Source: Octopus sinensis
Taxonomy: Eukaryota
NCBI RefSeq assembly: GCF_006345805.1
Contig: NC_043006.1
Coordinates: forward strand, 20,894,001-20,958,000
Length of the DNA stretch: 64,000 nt
Direction: 5' to 3'
The notes below the pieces were generated by a model. The model made no database searches. It saw nothing but the letters and a program-made list of their open reading frames with translations, and was not told where the DNA came from. Of this stretch, positions 50,465-64,000 are shown in pieces. Numbering within the stretch: position 1 is the stretch's first letter; every line of letters begins with the position of its first letter. The translations under genes were made by a program, and so were the position numbers.

Positions 50465-50860
50465 TTATTATATTACTTGTCTTAATCATTTGATTGCGGG
50501 CATGCTGGAGCACCGCCTTGAAGGACTTAAGTCGAACACATCGACCCCAGGACTGTTTTTTTCAAAGCCTAGTACTGATTCTATCGGTCTCTTTGAGCAA
50601 ACTGCTATGTTATAGGGAGGTAAAAACACCAACACCGGTTGTCAAGTGGTGGTGGTGGGGGGGGGGGAGAAACACAGACACAAAGACACACACACATATA
50701 TATACAACAAGCGTGTTGCAGTTTCCGTCTACCAAATCCACTTACAAGGCTTTGGTCGACCCGAGTCTAAAGTAGAAGACAGTTGCCCAAGGTGCCACGC
50801 AGTGTGACTGAACCCAGAACCATGTGGTTGGGAAGCAAGTTTCTTACCACACAGCCGCAC
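50465..50860 (-). mobile_element. Diverged SINE-A variant
   Basis: A-type tail, body and head; 3' part duplicated at ~34180-34337. Confidence 0.8.
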
Positions 50861-51224
50861 CTGCACCTACTATGATAATATATATATATTACACACACAC
50901 ACACATGGTATGTACCTATGTATGTATCTATATATGTATGTATGTGTTTATGTATGTATGTGTTTATGTATGTATATTTGTACCACTTAATTTGATTATT
51001 TTATGAAAAAATAATATTTGAATATAGAGGAAATTAGTTTAGTAAACGATATATAATAACAATGATTTTTTGCAAGCTGGTTGAGATTAGGTAATGCATG
51101 AAACAAAAGATATGCTTTCTCCGTACTTATTTTTATATAAGAAAAATAAAATTGCCTTAAATTCGAAATTGGTGTAACACTCGTCGGAAAGAAAGGTAAC
51201 AGTTTCGGGTGTTGCAACAATATA

Positions 51225-51449
51225 TATTTCTTTACTACCCACAAGGGGCTAAACACAGAGGGGACAGACAAATGGATTAAGTCGATTACATCGACCCCAG
51301 TGCGTAACTGGTACTTAATTTATCGACCCCCGAAAGAATGAAAGGCAAAGTCGACCTCGGCGGAATTTGAACTCAGAACGTAACGACAGACGAAATACGG
51401 CTATGCATTTCGCCCGGCGCGCTACCGTTTCTGCCAGCTCGCCGCCTTT
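51225..51449 (-). mobile_element. SINE family B
   Basis: 13-bp TSD TTGCAACAATATA (51212-51224, 51452-51464). Confidence 0.92.
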
Positions 51450-51979
51450 ATTTGCAACAATATAGCATTGATTACAGAAAACAAACGCGACTATGTTGTT
51501 GGAAGAGTAATGAAAAGGTTGGCATTTTCCACAACGTCAGCTAAACAAAAGATTGTGCCCAATGAAGAAACGTACAATGGAATCATATGCAATGAATTAA
51601 TAGAGGTTTGTGAAATCATTTAATTTCTTTAGAGTTATTATCTGCGTTAACGTCGAAGGCTACACGAAAGAAATAAAATACGGATGACTAAACCGCACGT
51701 GATCTGGAAGGATTGGATTACTTCAGAAAGAAACGGTGAGAGACATTAATCAAAGATTTGATAGTTATGTCCTACTGAATACAAATGTGCGGAATTAAAG
51801 AGACTGATCTGGAGAGAATTGATGTATTTGAAATGGGGGAGCTGATAAAAAATGGTTAGTGCACAAACAAATAAATTTTGCACGAAATCGAAGAAATGAT
51901 ATAATATTCAAAATAATGCTGCAAGTAGAACTGAAGCACTTTTGATAAATTACAAGAGAAAAAAAAAATAGTATGTATC

Positions 51980-52214
51980 TATTTCTTTACTACCCACAAG
52001 GGGCTAAACGCAGAGAGGACAGACAAGGACAGACAAACGGATTAAGTCGATTACATCGACCCCCAGTGTGTAACTGGTACTTAATTTATCGACCCCGAAA
52101 GGATGAAAGGCAAAGTCGACCTCGGCGGAATTTGAACTCGGAACGTAACGACAGACGAAATACGGCTACGCATTTCGCCCGGCGTGCTAACGTTTCTGCC
52201 AGCTCGTCGCCTTA
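51980..52214 (-). mobile_element. SINE family B
   Basis: Matches B1. Confidence 0.9.
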
Positions 52215-52271
52215 ATACATACATAGGCAGACAGACAGGCAGGCAGACAGATAGACAGACAGACAGACAGG

Positions 52272-52329
<58 letters not shown>

Positions 52330-52449
52330 TAATAATAGTATGTATCGCTTACTGTTTACTTGTTTCAGTCATTAGACGACAGCCACATTGTGGCATCGCC
52401 TCGAAGGGTTAGTCGACTAAATCGTACACTGATCCCAGTACTTTAAAGT

Positions 52450-52551
<102 letters not shown>

Positions 52552-52949
52552 GCCTGTCTGCCTATGTATGTATGTATGTATGTATGTATGTATTGTTATT
52601 ATGTATTTATTGTGAGAAATAGAATAAATGAAATTAAAACTACTGCACAAAGAGTATATTAGAATTAATTAGAATTTAATATGTTAAAATATATGAATAC
52701 TCTTAACCGGTTTCACATTTGATTTTGAAAAGTGTATAGTGCATTATGTCTATTCTGGCCGTTGTTATAAAAACAGTTTGTATTTAAAGTAGGAATGTGG
52801 CTCAGAAGACCATCCATTAACATACAAATTCATTGGTCAACAATTTATGCATTTACGCTCACGTGACAGTCGCGCGAGTAGATCACATTCATATTCAATG
52901 AATATGTCATATGACAGTTAGAAAATAGATATATGAATAAGTGATATAA

Positions 52950-55100
52950 TAATTATTTACAGTACTTTCGTATCGGTAAGTTGTCTTTTAGGGACTTCGG
53001 TTGCCTTTTGCCTTTGATTATTTCTATAATTCAGGTAAACTTTTCATTCTTGGGTCTTGGCTCAAAAGCTATATTTTCTGATAGGCAATGCTGAATGTTT
53101 ATATATTTCCTGCGTTGTGTATTGTAATTAAAAATAGAGTTTTTGGTGTATCTAAGCAGTTTTTGGGCTTTTCTTAATTCTTCAGTATGTCATAGTGATC
53201 TGATGCGTTCCATTCTGTTCTCTATTAAAATAGACGGCTACATTCTTTCAAATAGCGCCCGTTTTAATTCAAGAAGCCTTTTTTCTGAACATCCAGATTG
53301 GAGACAATTGTTCTGATTCTTCCAGTTAGGTGAAATGGAATATTGGATTTGATATGTTTTGGGTGGCATGAAGAAAACAGTAGGTACAAGTCCGTGGGTT
53401 TGTAGTGGATGTCGGTTTCTATGTTCGTGCCATTCTCAATAATTAAAATGTCTAAGAAGGACAGTTGGTTAAGAAGAGTAGTTGGCTAAATTCTATGTGA
53501 ACTGAATACTGTTATTGATATTATTGAGTAGAAATTTAAAATCGTTGAGTTCATCTAGGTTGTATGTCCACGGAATAAGGTAGTGATATAAGTATCGTTT
53601 CTAGTTTTTCATCAAATAATTTTGAAAGCTGATACCGTACTTTGCTTTTGGCTTGTTCATTCATTTGGACTTCTAGATATGCTATGACTAAGTTGGCGTA
53701 TAGTGGGGCAACTTTTGTAATCATTGCAGATCCAGATATTTGTTGGTGGATGCTTTTCTCGGAAATGAAGTTGTTTTGAAGGATGAGTTTTAATCCCTCT
53801 GTAATTAATTGTTGATCAATTCGATTTGGAATTTCATCAGGGCATTTTCTTAGTCAAAAATCTATTGCCTGAAGTCCGTACTCGTGTGGGATGGTAGTAT
53901 AGATATTTACTGTATCAAATGAAGTAATTATGGTATCCTGTTAACTTTTTTCGGGAAGTAGTTTAATAGGTCTTGGTCACCTCTTATGAAACTTCGTATA
54001 GATTTTAAGAGACAGTTTAACACTATGTCAACAAAGTTGCCAAGTCAGTGAATTTCATAGATTGGGCCAGCTACAATTGGTCTTAATTTGAGGTCCTTCA
54101 GAAAGAGTATGTTTATGTTGACTGAGTGTGATTCTTTACGGGACTCATTAATTATTTTATTTTTGTGGATTTTGGGAAGTACGAGGAGAAAGTGGTTTCG
54201 GCTATAACATTTGTTAGATAGTCAATTTCTTCATTGGTTAAGACTTTTCCGTGTTAGTTTATGAGAATGATAAATTTAGACATTGTTTTTGTTTGTTGAT
54301 TGTTCTTTACTATTTTATAGTGGGTAGTGTCTTCAAGTAGAGTTTATGCCGCATTTTTGCATTGTTCCATATTCATAAGTACAGCACTTCTCTTATAATT
54401 TTCTTTTATAGCTGTTATTATTGCTTTTAGGTCATATATCGTTTTCCATTCTGTTCGGAAGTGTTGGACTTCCGTTTCGGAAGTGTGAGATTAAGGGAAG
54501 GTGGATATAAACTCACAAAATTTTTCTAGTGATTTCTTTTTCCTTTTGTTGGGTTGTAACTGCTACTGTTTTGCACAATGGGATGATCAGTATCGAAAAG
54601 TTCTGCTAATCTTAATTTCCTGCAAAAAATTAAGATAACATCTCGTACTTCCCTGTGGTTAGGATAATGTGTCAGGGGTAAATTTTAGACATTTTGAAAG
54701 AATTTGTGTTTGTTCTTTCGAGAATTTTAAGTTGTTGGAAAAATGTATCTTAGGTTTCTTACCTCTATTATCCTGTACCACCGGACATCTTAAAATTTTT
54801 CTTCTGGGCTTAAAAAATGGTTTGTGATGTCTGTTCTTTTGGTTGTGTTTCTAAGTTTGTGGTTATATACTCCGTTTCTTTCCAGCTTTCTGGAATAATT
54901 GTTGTCTGTCCTTTGTATGTCTGAATAAAGGTTGTTGATGTCTATGATAGTTTTTCTCCGGTCATAATTACAGTTTCTATGTGTATATTGAAATATTTGG
55001 TGGGTTTATTTTGTTGTCGGGAGAACCTGGAATCGGTGTTGTATCTTGCAAATTGTTGATGGATAAAATTCTTAACTTTCGATATTTGTTTGTTGTGTGT
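52950..55100 (-). pseudogene. Decayed Penelope-like element reverse-transcriptase ORF
   Basis: Hand translation across stops and frameshifts: LSKCLKFTP (~54690), FCRKLRL, LPKIHK (~54170), LRPIVAGP, SFD..NIYTTIP, QISGSAM..VAPLYANL, QLSFLDILI (~53450), YKPT, SCHPKHIKSNIPF; no GIY-YIG seen. Confidence 0.85.
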
Positions 55101-55665
55101 GAATAAAACTACCATGCTTTAATTTGTATACATACATACATGCATACATACATACATACATACATACATACATACATACATGCATACATACATGCATACA
55201 TATAATCATGTGTGCGTGTGTGTAAAATTTATGTAACTACTTTCAACTTTAATTGTTTGTCGTAATATATTTATATAACAACTCCACCCTTTTCTTTGAA
55301 AGTTTGCCAACCTTTTAGGCGAGTCTTTTCTGAAGATGAAAGCTTCAGTTTTTTTTTGATAATAAGTATTTTTGAGTTCGGCTTTCAGTGTATCACTCCT
55401 TAAGCGAAGTACGGCAAAACGGTTACGAAATTTACTTTGCAACCGCAAGGTACCGCATTCGATACTAACACGAGGCATCTTGGGCAAATATAACTTTTTA
55501 CTGTCTCATCTCGACTTATACCTTGACAGTAAAACAAGGATGATGGAAACCGTACAGAGGCCCGTCTGGTAGACTGCACTTCTAATTCAAAGATTACTAT
55601 CTTGTCACATGCTGTGCCACGACGATTCTGTCTAAGAATTACGTTAAAGGTATGCGTATCTTTGC

Positions 55666-55870
55666 AAGGCGGCGAGCTGGCAGAAACGTTAGCACGCCGG
55701 GCGAAATGCTTAGCAGTATTTCGTCTGCCGCTACGTTCTGAATTCAAATTCCACCGAGGTCGACTTTGCCTTTCATCCTTTCGGGGTCGATTAAATAAAC
55801 ACCAGTTACGCACTGGGGTCGATATAATCGACTTAATCCGTTTGTCTCCCTTGTAGGTAGTAAAGAAATA
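55666..55870 (+). mobile_element. SINE family B (internal 3' deletion)
   Basis: 16-bp TSD GGTATGCGTATCTTTG (55649-55664, 55871-55886). Confidence 0.9.
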
Positions 55871-56319
55871 GGTATGCGTATCTTTGGAATGATCAACCAT
55901 TTGTGCGTTAATTCAGGAGCAGATGATTCTGTTCATTGAACAACTGAATCATCACCGTTGTACGACGGAGATTCACCACCACTACCATTGTGATCCCCTT
56001 CGGTCATGAATGACCATGAGATTGCACCTAGAAAGTTACCCTCCGAGGTACAAGTCTGGGCAAGGTAGTTTATGGATGACCAGAATTATCATAGTAATGG
56101 GCATTTAAAAAAGTATGTATATAAATGTATGAATGAAGTCTTTAATGTTTAAGATTCAAATTAAGGAAATGCAATAAAAATGTTTAGCAGTTCAAAACTT
56201 TGAGTAGCGAAATACAGAATTGGGTCGGCTGATCGTAAGAATCAAATATTGATCTCTTCGCTAAAACACACACACACACACACACACACCACACACACCA
56301 CACACACACACACACACAC

Positions 56320-56371
<52 letters not shown>

Positions 56372-56565
56372 AACCTACCTACATACATATACATACTTAT
56401 ATATATATTTTTTTCCTGCCGGCAAATTCACTCACAAGGCTATTGTTAGCCCAAGGGCTATAGTAGAAAACACTTGTTTAAAGTGTTGCGTAGTGGAACG
56501 GAAGCCGAAGCTACATGGCTGCGAAGTGAGCTTCTTAACCACACACACACATACACGCACACAAA

Positions 56566-56608
<43 letters not shown>

Positions 56609-56667
56609 ACACACGCACGCACACAGACGCACATACCCATACCTGCATACTTTCCGTAAGGTTCACT

Positions 56668-57020
56668 CATCTCTTTTACTCTTTTACTTGTTTCAGTCAT
56701 TTGACTGCGGCCATGTTGGAGCACCGCCTTATTCTTTGTAAGCCTAGTACTTATTCTATCGGTCTTCTCTTTTGCCGAACTGGGGACTTAAACACACAAG
56801 CATCGGTTGTCAAGGGGACAACACAGACACACAAACGTATACACACACATACATATATACGACGGGCTTCTTTCAGTTTCCGTCTACCAAATCCACTCAC
56901 AAGCCGTTGGTCGGCTCGAGGCTATAGTAGAAGACACTTGCCCAAGGTGCCACGCAGTGAGACTGAACCCGGAACCATTTGGTTGGTAAGCAAGCTACTT
57001 ACCAAACAACCACTCCTGCG
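56668..57020 (-). mobile_element. SINE family A with deletions
   Basis: Matches the A consensus. Confidence 0.85.
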
Positions 57021-57642
57021 CCCATCTCTTCATATTTCTTATACTCTCTATATATGTACTAATACTTCCTAAACCATTCACAACTGCTTGTTTAAACAAG
57101 AGACCAAACAGCAGAATGTTTCTCTCTTTATCAATGACACCACTCATTAATTTATCGTAATTTATCAATGTTCATTATATTACATGTTAATTATGGTACG
57201 CGTTATCTCGGTAGTCAAATTACAGCAATTTCGTCTACGTCTTTATTTTCATCTAAGCTGCTTAAGATATCATTTCGTAGAATTATTATCTCTATAATAC
57301 ATAGACTTAAATGCCTTTAAGCTTATTTTGAAGGTTATCTTTTAGATATCTCCAGATTTGCTTCTCTATGCAGTACCTTTTGATATCTCCATTTACAGAT
57401 GAATATTCCGGCGATGAGTTACGCATCTTCTATTTTGATAGTATTCCTTCCCGACGGCTCTTCAATGCAGCATTTTCACATCCAACCATGCCCGATTATC
57501 ATGTCACTCTGACTGTTGTTTGCTTAGAGCAATCTTTCATATGAGTGTGTGTGCGTGTGTATGTGTGTGTGCGCGCGCGGGTATATGTACATGTCTTTCA
57601 TTTGCTGGTATACTTTTTTCATTTATATATGTGTGTGTGTAT

Positions 57643-57676
<34 letters not shown>

Positions 57677-57682
57677 TTTTAT

Positions 57683-58083
57683 ATACTCTTTTACTTGTTT
57701 CAGTCATGGGACTGTGGCCATGCTGGAGCACCGCCTTTAGTCGAGCAAATTGACTGCTGGACTTATTCTTTGTAAGCCTAGTACTTATTCTATCGCTCTC
57801 TTTTGCCGAACCGCTAAGTAACGGGGACGTAAACACACCAGCATCGGTTGTCAAGCGATGCTGGGGGAACAAACACAGACGCACAAACATATGCATACAC
57901 ATACATATATACAGATTTATACGACGGGCTTCTTTCTGTTTCCGTCTACCAAATCCACTCACAAGACTTTGGTCGGCCCAAAGCTATAGTAGAAGACACT
58001 TGCCCAAGGTGCCACGCAGTGGGACTGAACCCGGAACCATGCGGTTCGTAAGCCAGCTACTTACCACACAGCCACTCCTACGC
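57683..58083 (-). mobile_element. SINE family A
   Basis: Matches the A consensus. Confidence 0.88.
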
Positions 58084-58483
58084 CTATATATATATATACA
58101 TCATCGACCACACATACTCTATGTATGTATTTTTCTTATTCGTCTGTACGCTGCGGTTTAGCGTGGTGAGAATGATACCCTCAAAGCACTGGGTGCTAAG
58201 ACATCTGAAAGTGATAGACAGAGAAGACAACTCGCGTCTAATCTCATTCAGGAACGATGGATATCGACATTTCGCCAATTTTTGTGGCTTATTAACATGA
58301 TGTACACGAATCGAATCGAGGAAGAACTGAATCACCAGTCTATGACTATATACAAATAGTGTAAAAATATAAAAAACATTTACTGATATGCCACAACGAT
58401 ATATACATACGATTAAATTCAATTGTGAACTAGAAGCAGCCCGAACGAGCTAGGTAAGTCGCATAGTGCCGAATGAAACAGTT

Positions 58484-58610
58484 TTAAATAATAAGAATAA
58501 CAACAACAACAACAATAATAATAGCAACAGCACCACCACCACCACCACCAAAAACAACAACCACAATAATAATAATAATAATAACAACAATAATAATAAT
58601 AATAATAATG

Positions 58611-58656
<46 letters not shown>

Positions 58657-58823
58657 TAATAGTAATGATAATAACAATAATAAATAATAATAATATAATA
58701 ATATAATAACAATAGTAATAATAATAACAACAACAACAACACAATAATAATAATAATATAATATAATATAATAATAATAGCAATAGTAATAATAATAACA
58801 ACAACAACAACACAACAACAACA

Positions 58824-58881
<58 letters not shown>

Positions 58882-58882
58882 C
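58484..58882. repeat. (AAT)/(AAC) trinucleotide microsatellite
   Basis: Direct reading. Confidence 0.95.
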
Positions 58883-58987
58883 GACTGCCCACGTTCTCAA
58901 GAAGTTTCTCTCCATCTAATATATACGTGCCTTAGGTCTCTAGTTCAGACCCGGCCGGAAGGAGCAATAGAACGCAAATCAATCGAA

Positions 58988-59021
<34 letters not shown>

Positions 59022-59039
59022 AATAATAATAATAATATT

Positions 59040-60263
59040 GCGCCATTCTAAAAAATAGCGTTCGTAATACTTTATCTCGTTCGGCTTAACAGCCCTTCTT
59101 GTCTTGTTATTCTCCCTGTCCAATCTTTTACTGTTTATATTTTGTACTGTCGTTACTGTCCTGTTTTTGTTACCATTTTTACCCCTCTGCAAAAAGATCT
59201 CAAATTTTATTTTAATTTGCTTTTCGCGGGAAGGAAAGTTTCTATCGAAGATGCGTATCGCCTTCACCTTCGAAACGCAGAGTAGATGAAACCATGGCGA
59301 CTGAAGAAGGGGAATTTTCCTTGTGTTATTTGTCCTGTACTCTATTTTTTCGTTGTTTAAGAAAAATGTCCAGTTCCTTGGTTTTGTGTTTACGTTTTCG
59401 TTTCTCATTGTGTTCGACGTTTTTTGGTGTCTTGTACCCATATATGCATGTATATATACATGTAGAGGTAGGTACGTAAATATAGGTATGTATATATATG
59501 CATATGTTTTATTTATTAAGTTGACGGAACGCACGCATCCATTTCTAAGTAAGATTGTTCTTGATATTAATAATGATACGCACTCTTAACCTTTCTGTCC
59601 CCTCCCTTTCTCAGCCTTCATTCTTTCTGGTTTCCTTTTCTTCTACCTTACTGTCTTTCCCTCTCTCTCTCTCATTCTTTCTGGTTTCCTCACAACCATT
59701 CCCTTTTTTCTCTCCCTTTCTCCTTGCTCCTCCTCCTCCCTCCCGTCGTTGACCCGCTACGAGAGCTCTGCTACTGCCTTTCTGGTCTGGCGTCATTGAA
59801 GTGTAGACGGCATTTTCTGTTGCTCCTTCGCCGTTCTCAAAAATAGCGTTCGTATATTTTATCTCGTTCGGCTTAACAGCCCTTCTTGTCTTGTTATTCT
59901 CCTTGTCCTGTCTTTTACTGTTTATATTTTGTACTGTCGTTACTGTCCTGTTTTTGTTACCATTTTTACCCCTCCGCAAAAAGATCTCAAATTTTATTTA
60001 ATTTGCTTTTCGCGGGAAGGAAAGTTTCTATCGAAGATACGTATCACCTTCACCTTCGAAACGCAGAGTAGGTGAAACCATGGTGAGTGAAGAAGGGAAT
60101 TTTCCTTGTGTTATTTGTCCTGTACTCTATCTTTTCGTTGTTTAAGAAAAATGTCCAGTTCCTTGGTTTTGTGTTTACGTTTTCGTTTCTCATTGTGTTC
60201 GACGTTTTTTTTTGGTGTCCTGTACCCATATATGTATGTATATATGCATATGTTTTATTTATT
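59040..60263 (+). repeat. Family G tandem: truncated unit (59040-59445), full unit (~59500-60232), start of a third
   Basis: 59040-59445 aligns at high identity to ~59830-60232; GCATATGTTTTATTTATT restarts after each unit. Confidence 0.85.
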
Positions 60264-60264
60264 G

Positions 60265-60310
<46 letters not shown>

Positions 60311-60950
60311 AACATACATGCGTACATATACATGTTTGTATGTGTGTGTGTGTCATGGCTATCAAAAACATCTTATTTGCTTCTTTCCATAAATAAACCT
60401 CCATAACTTTCCTAGCCTCCCAATATGACATCATCACTCAAGATTATGTGATTCCATTCAGCCTCACTAAATCTCATATCCAGTCCTTAGAATCACGCCG
60501 GTAGTTAATGCTTTCCATTAGATTTTAGTCGAATTATTCCAGACTGAGTAAGGTTTTCGTCTAATCTCAACCCCACTTTAAAACTACTCGTCTATTTTCA
60601 TATTTGTTATGTTTATATTTTGTTCACTGTGGAGCATCATCAAAATATCGTTCTTTTGTAGAGGAAAAAAATATATTCTTTCTAGTTATACCTTAAACAT
60701 TCTATGTTTTTATTGCATGGGTTGACATTGTAAATTTTCTGACTGCTTAACATTCTCTTCTCCGTTTGTTATTAGCAATCTCAGTTCTGAACAGCCTTCC
60801 TAGAACATATCCATATCGTCGATATACAGACTACAGTTTCCTGTGACTCTGGGTAACTAGACGCCAATCATGTACTACACACACACGTACACGTATACAT
60901 ATACGCACACATGCATGCACAGAGGCACTCGGAAATATAGATATAGAGAG

Positions 60951-61094
60951 AATACCAAACTCATTCCCTATGGATACCGTATTTATTACAACGAGTGGCT
61001 TGTAAACGTATCTAACTCGCTTTCGCTCGTTAGATACGTTTACAAGCCACTCGTTGTAATAACTACGGTATCCATAGGGAATGAGTTTGGTATT
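60951..61094. repeat. Near-perfect palindrome (66-bp arms, 12-nt loop)
   Basis: Arms 60951-61016 and 61029-61094; one 3-nt internal loop. Confidence 0.95.
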
Positions 61095-61330
61095 TTATTT
61101 ATTACACACGAATAAACGACCATATTTTATTAACCCAATAACTAAATTCTTCATGTTTAGTTGTAACTTATGAATGACAAAAGTAGTGCCGTCACCGTGA
61201 CCTCAGGTCATCACCATGGATTGACCAATCAGAAGCAGCGCTCGCAGTATCTGACATATGTTAGATACCAAAAATATCTCAAAGTTTTCTCACTCACATG
61301 TGTGTAATAAATACTCTTTCACATATATAT

Positions 61331-61362
<32 letters not shown>

Positions 61363-61425
61363 CACAAGCAGACATATACACATACATACAAATACATATA
61401 CACATACATACACATACACATACAT

Positions 61426-61820
61426 GGCGCAGGAGTGGCTGTGTGGTAAGTAGCTTGCTAACCAACCACATGGTTCCGGGTTCAGTCCCACTGCGTGGCA
61501 TCTCGGGCAAGTGTCTTCTGCTATAGTCCCGGGCCGACCAATGCCTTGTGAGTGGATTTGGTAGACGGAAACTGAAAGAAGCCTGTCGTATATATGTATA
61601 TATATATATATGTGTGTGTATGTGTCTGTGTTTGTCCTCCTAGCATTGCTTGACAACCGATGCTGGTGTGTTTACGTTCCCGTCACTTAGCAGTTCGGCA
61701 AAAGAGACCGATAGAATAAGTACTGGGTTTACAAAGAATAAGTTCCGGGGTCAATTTGGTCGAATAAAGGTGGTGCTCCAGCATGGCCGCAGTCAAATGA
61801 CTGAAACAAGTAAAAAAAGT
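61426..61820 (+). mobile_element. SINE family A, full length
   Basis: Matches the A consensus. Confidence 0.9.
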
Positions 61821-62859
61821 ATAGTGAGCTGTTCACAAATTTCATTCGAAAGAACTAGCATTCTTTTCTACTCCAGGCAGAAGGTCAGTCGATTTGATCA
61901 ACCTCAAATACGCAACTGGTATTTAATTTATCGACCCCGAAAGATGAAAGGCAAAGAAGACCTTACAGGAATTTGAACTCAGAACGTAAAACAGCCGAAA
62001 TAACGCTAAGAATTTTGTTCGGTGTGCTATCGTTTCTGCCAGCACGCCACCTTCGAAAGTACTAGCATTCGCAGAAGGCTTCAGTGCACAGTCGTACAGT
62101 CAAACTCAACTCGTAAACCGAGTAAGATCACTTCCTAAGATTCGGTAGGTTCATGTCAATGTTCCAGGTATCCAACAAGTTCCTGAGCTTTGGTCTGTTT
62201 TCAGTTCGTAGTGTTGTGCAGCACTAATGAGATATTAACCAAATACCTGGTGATGTTGAGCCTTCACATCACCACGAGGTGTGTATGAAAAAAGATGGAA
62301 GGAAGTGGCGCAAAAGGTGGGTGTCAGAAACCCAGTTTAACTAAGGATGGAGAAGAGGAAAGGAAAGCTGCGGGGCCTTATAGGTTGCCGGGGTTTAAAA
62401 TATATCGGTAAGATTTCAATCTAATGTAATGTTATATTAGTCAATGCAAAGGACAATTTAAATACAGTTTTTTATATAATGAATAATCCATATATTGTGG
62501 AAATTTTTAAACGAACCACTTAACTGTTTTTTGTATGTATGTCCTGTATTGTTCCCCTATGTATTGATTTTATAATCGTAATAAAGAATTAATCTGTCGG
62601 ATTTCGATATTATGTTCTATGTAAACATTTTAGATATCAGCGGGAACCAGATCCTAAAAACAAAACAAGAGAGAGAAAAAATACGCTCATATTTTTTAAA
62701 AAGATATTCATCTAAGATAATTTCACGGGCGGAAAATCCTTTTCTTTCCAGTTCATTTGATGGTCAGCCTGAAATTTTGAGGAAGTGGGATAGTCGATTG
62801 CATTGACAATGGTGCTCAAGTACTCTCATTATCAATTCATAGCAGAGAAACACACTTAC

Positions 62860-64000
62860 ACATATACACACATGCATACCTACAAACAAACAAACAAACA
62901 AACAAACAAACAAACAAACATACATACATACATACATACATACATACATACATACATACATACATACATACATACATACACATATACATACATACATACA
63001 TACATACATACATACATACATACATACATACATAAAAAGTACCTTGTTTGTGTTGAAATTCCATTGAAGGAAACTTGGACTAGGTTACAAACCGGCTCCT
63101 GTATTGGCAAGAAATTTTGCAATAAAGCTGAACAATGACATACATACATACATACATACATACATACATAGATACATACATACATCATACATACATACAT
63201 ACATACATACATACACACATACATACATACGTACGTACGTACATACATACATACATACATACATACATACATACATACATACAAACATACATACATACAT
63301 ACATATATACATACATACAAACATACATTCATACATACATACATACATACATACATACATACATACATTCATACACACATACATACACGCATACATACAT
63401 ACATACATACATGCATGCATGCATACATACATACATACATACATACATACATACATACATACATACATACATACATACATACATACATACATACATACAT
63501 ACAAAGTTTGGATAAGTTTGGATTTTCAGAAAAATGTGATCAACAAAATGATTCGTACACTGGAAGTACAATCTATAAGCGGAACAATAAAACTATGCAA
63601 GACTTTTCTCAGTTTAAAGTGTGACATTGTTTTCGTTATCTGAATTTCAACGATGGAGTTTTGTAACTTTGGCAGAAACAAGCTCCTTCTTCACAGGAAG
63701 AATTTAAATGATTAAATACAGAAGAGACATACATACATTCATACATACAAACATACATACATACATACATACATACATACATACATACATACATAAATAC
63801 ATGTATGCATACATACATACATACATACATACATGCATACATACATGCATGCATGCATACATGCATACATACATACATACATACATACATACATAGATGC
63901 ATGCATGCATACATGCATACATACATACATACATACATACATACATACATAGATGCATGCATGCATACATGCATACATACATACATACATACATACATAC
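62860..64000. repeat. Three (CATA)n tracts separated by short unique spacers
   Basis: Direct reading. Confidence 0.95.

Noticed and set aside
60480-60600. Possible very old CR1 C-terminus on the minus strand (..SVWNN..)
   Set aside because: Similarity too weak to support by eye

Overview
This is eukaryotic, AT-rich, microsatellite- and transposon-saturated DNA. It is most likely an intronic/intergenic region of an octopus (coleoid cephalopod) genome, inferred from tRNA-derived SINEs resembling the octopus OK/OR families (names from memory, not verified). No intact host protein-coding gene can be supported. The best host feature is a near-symmetric NRF1-ETS-ETS-NRF1 promoter-like site at ~22.9 kb, with a second CpG/YY1/CCAAT patch at ~23.9-24.1 kb. 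Mobile content includes at least four SINE families (labelled A, B, C and CORE-type), many of them modular, nested or multimeric. There are CR1/L2-type and RTE LINE fragments, a decayed ~2.1-kb Penelope-like (PLE) RT ORF, and a truncated mellifera-type mariner. Non-autonomous DNA elements are four GG-terminated 8-bp-TSD MITEs carrying TTAGGG repeats, a piggyBac MITE and four Helitrons. The most interesting layer is RNA structure: several type-I hammerhead-ribozyme motifs with palindromic stem III, one at the tip of a 427-bp rod-like hairpin element; a microsatellite-bounded tandem repeat family with hammerhead core words in type-II order; a SINE-LINE shared 3' tail; fixed-junction SINE multimers, one flanked as a unit by a 17-bp TSD; and many long near-perfect hairpins. 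All folds and alignments were done by eye, and most repeat boundaries are approximate.
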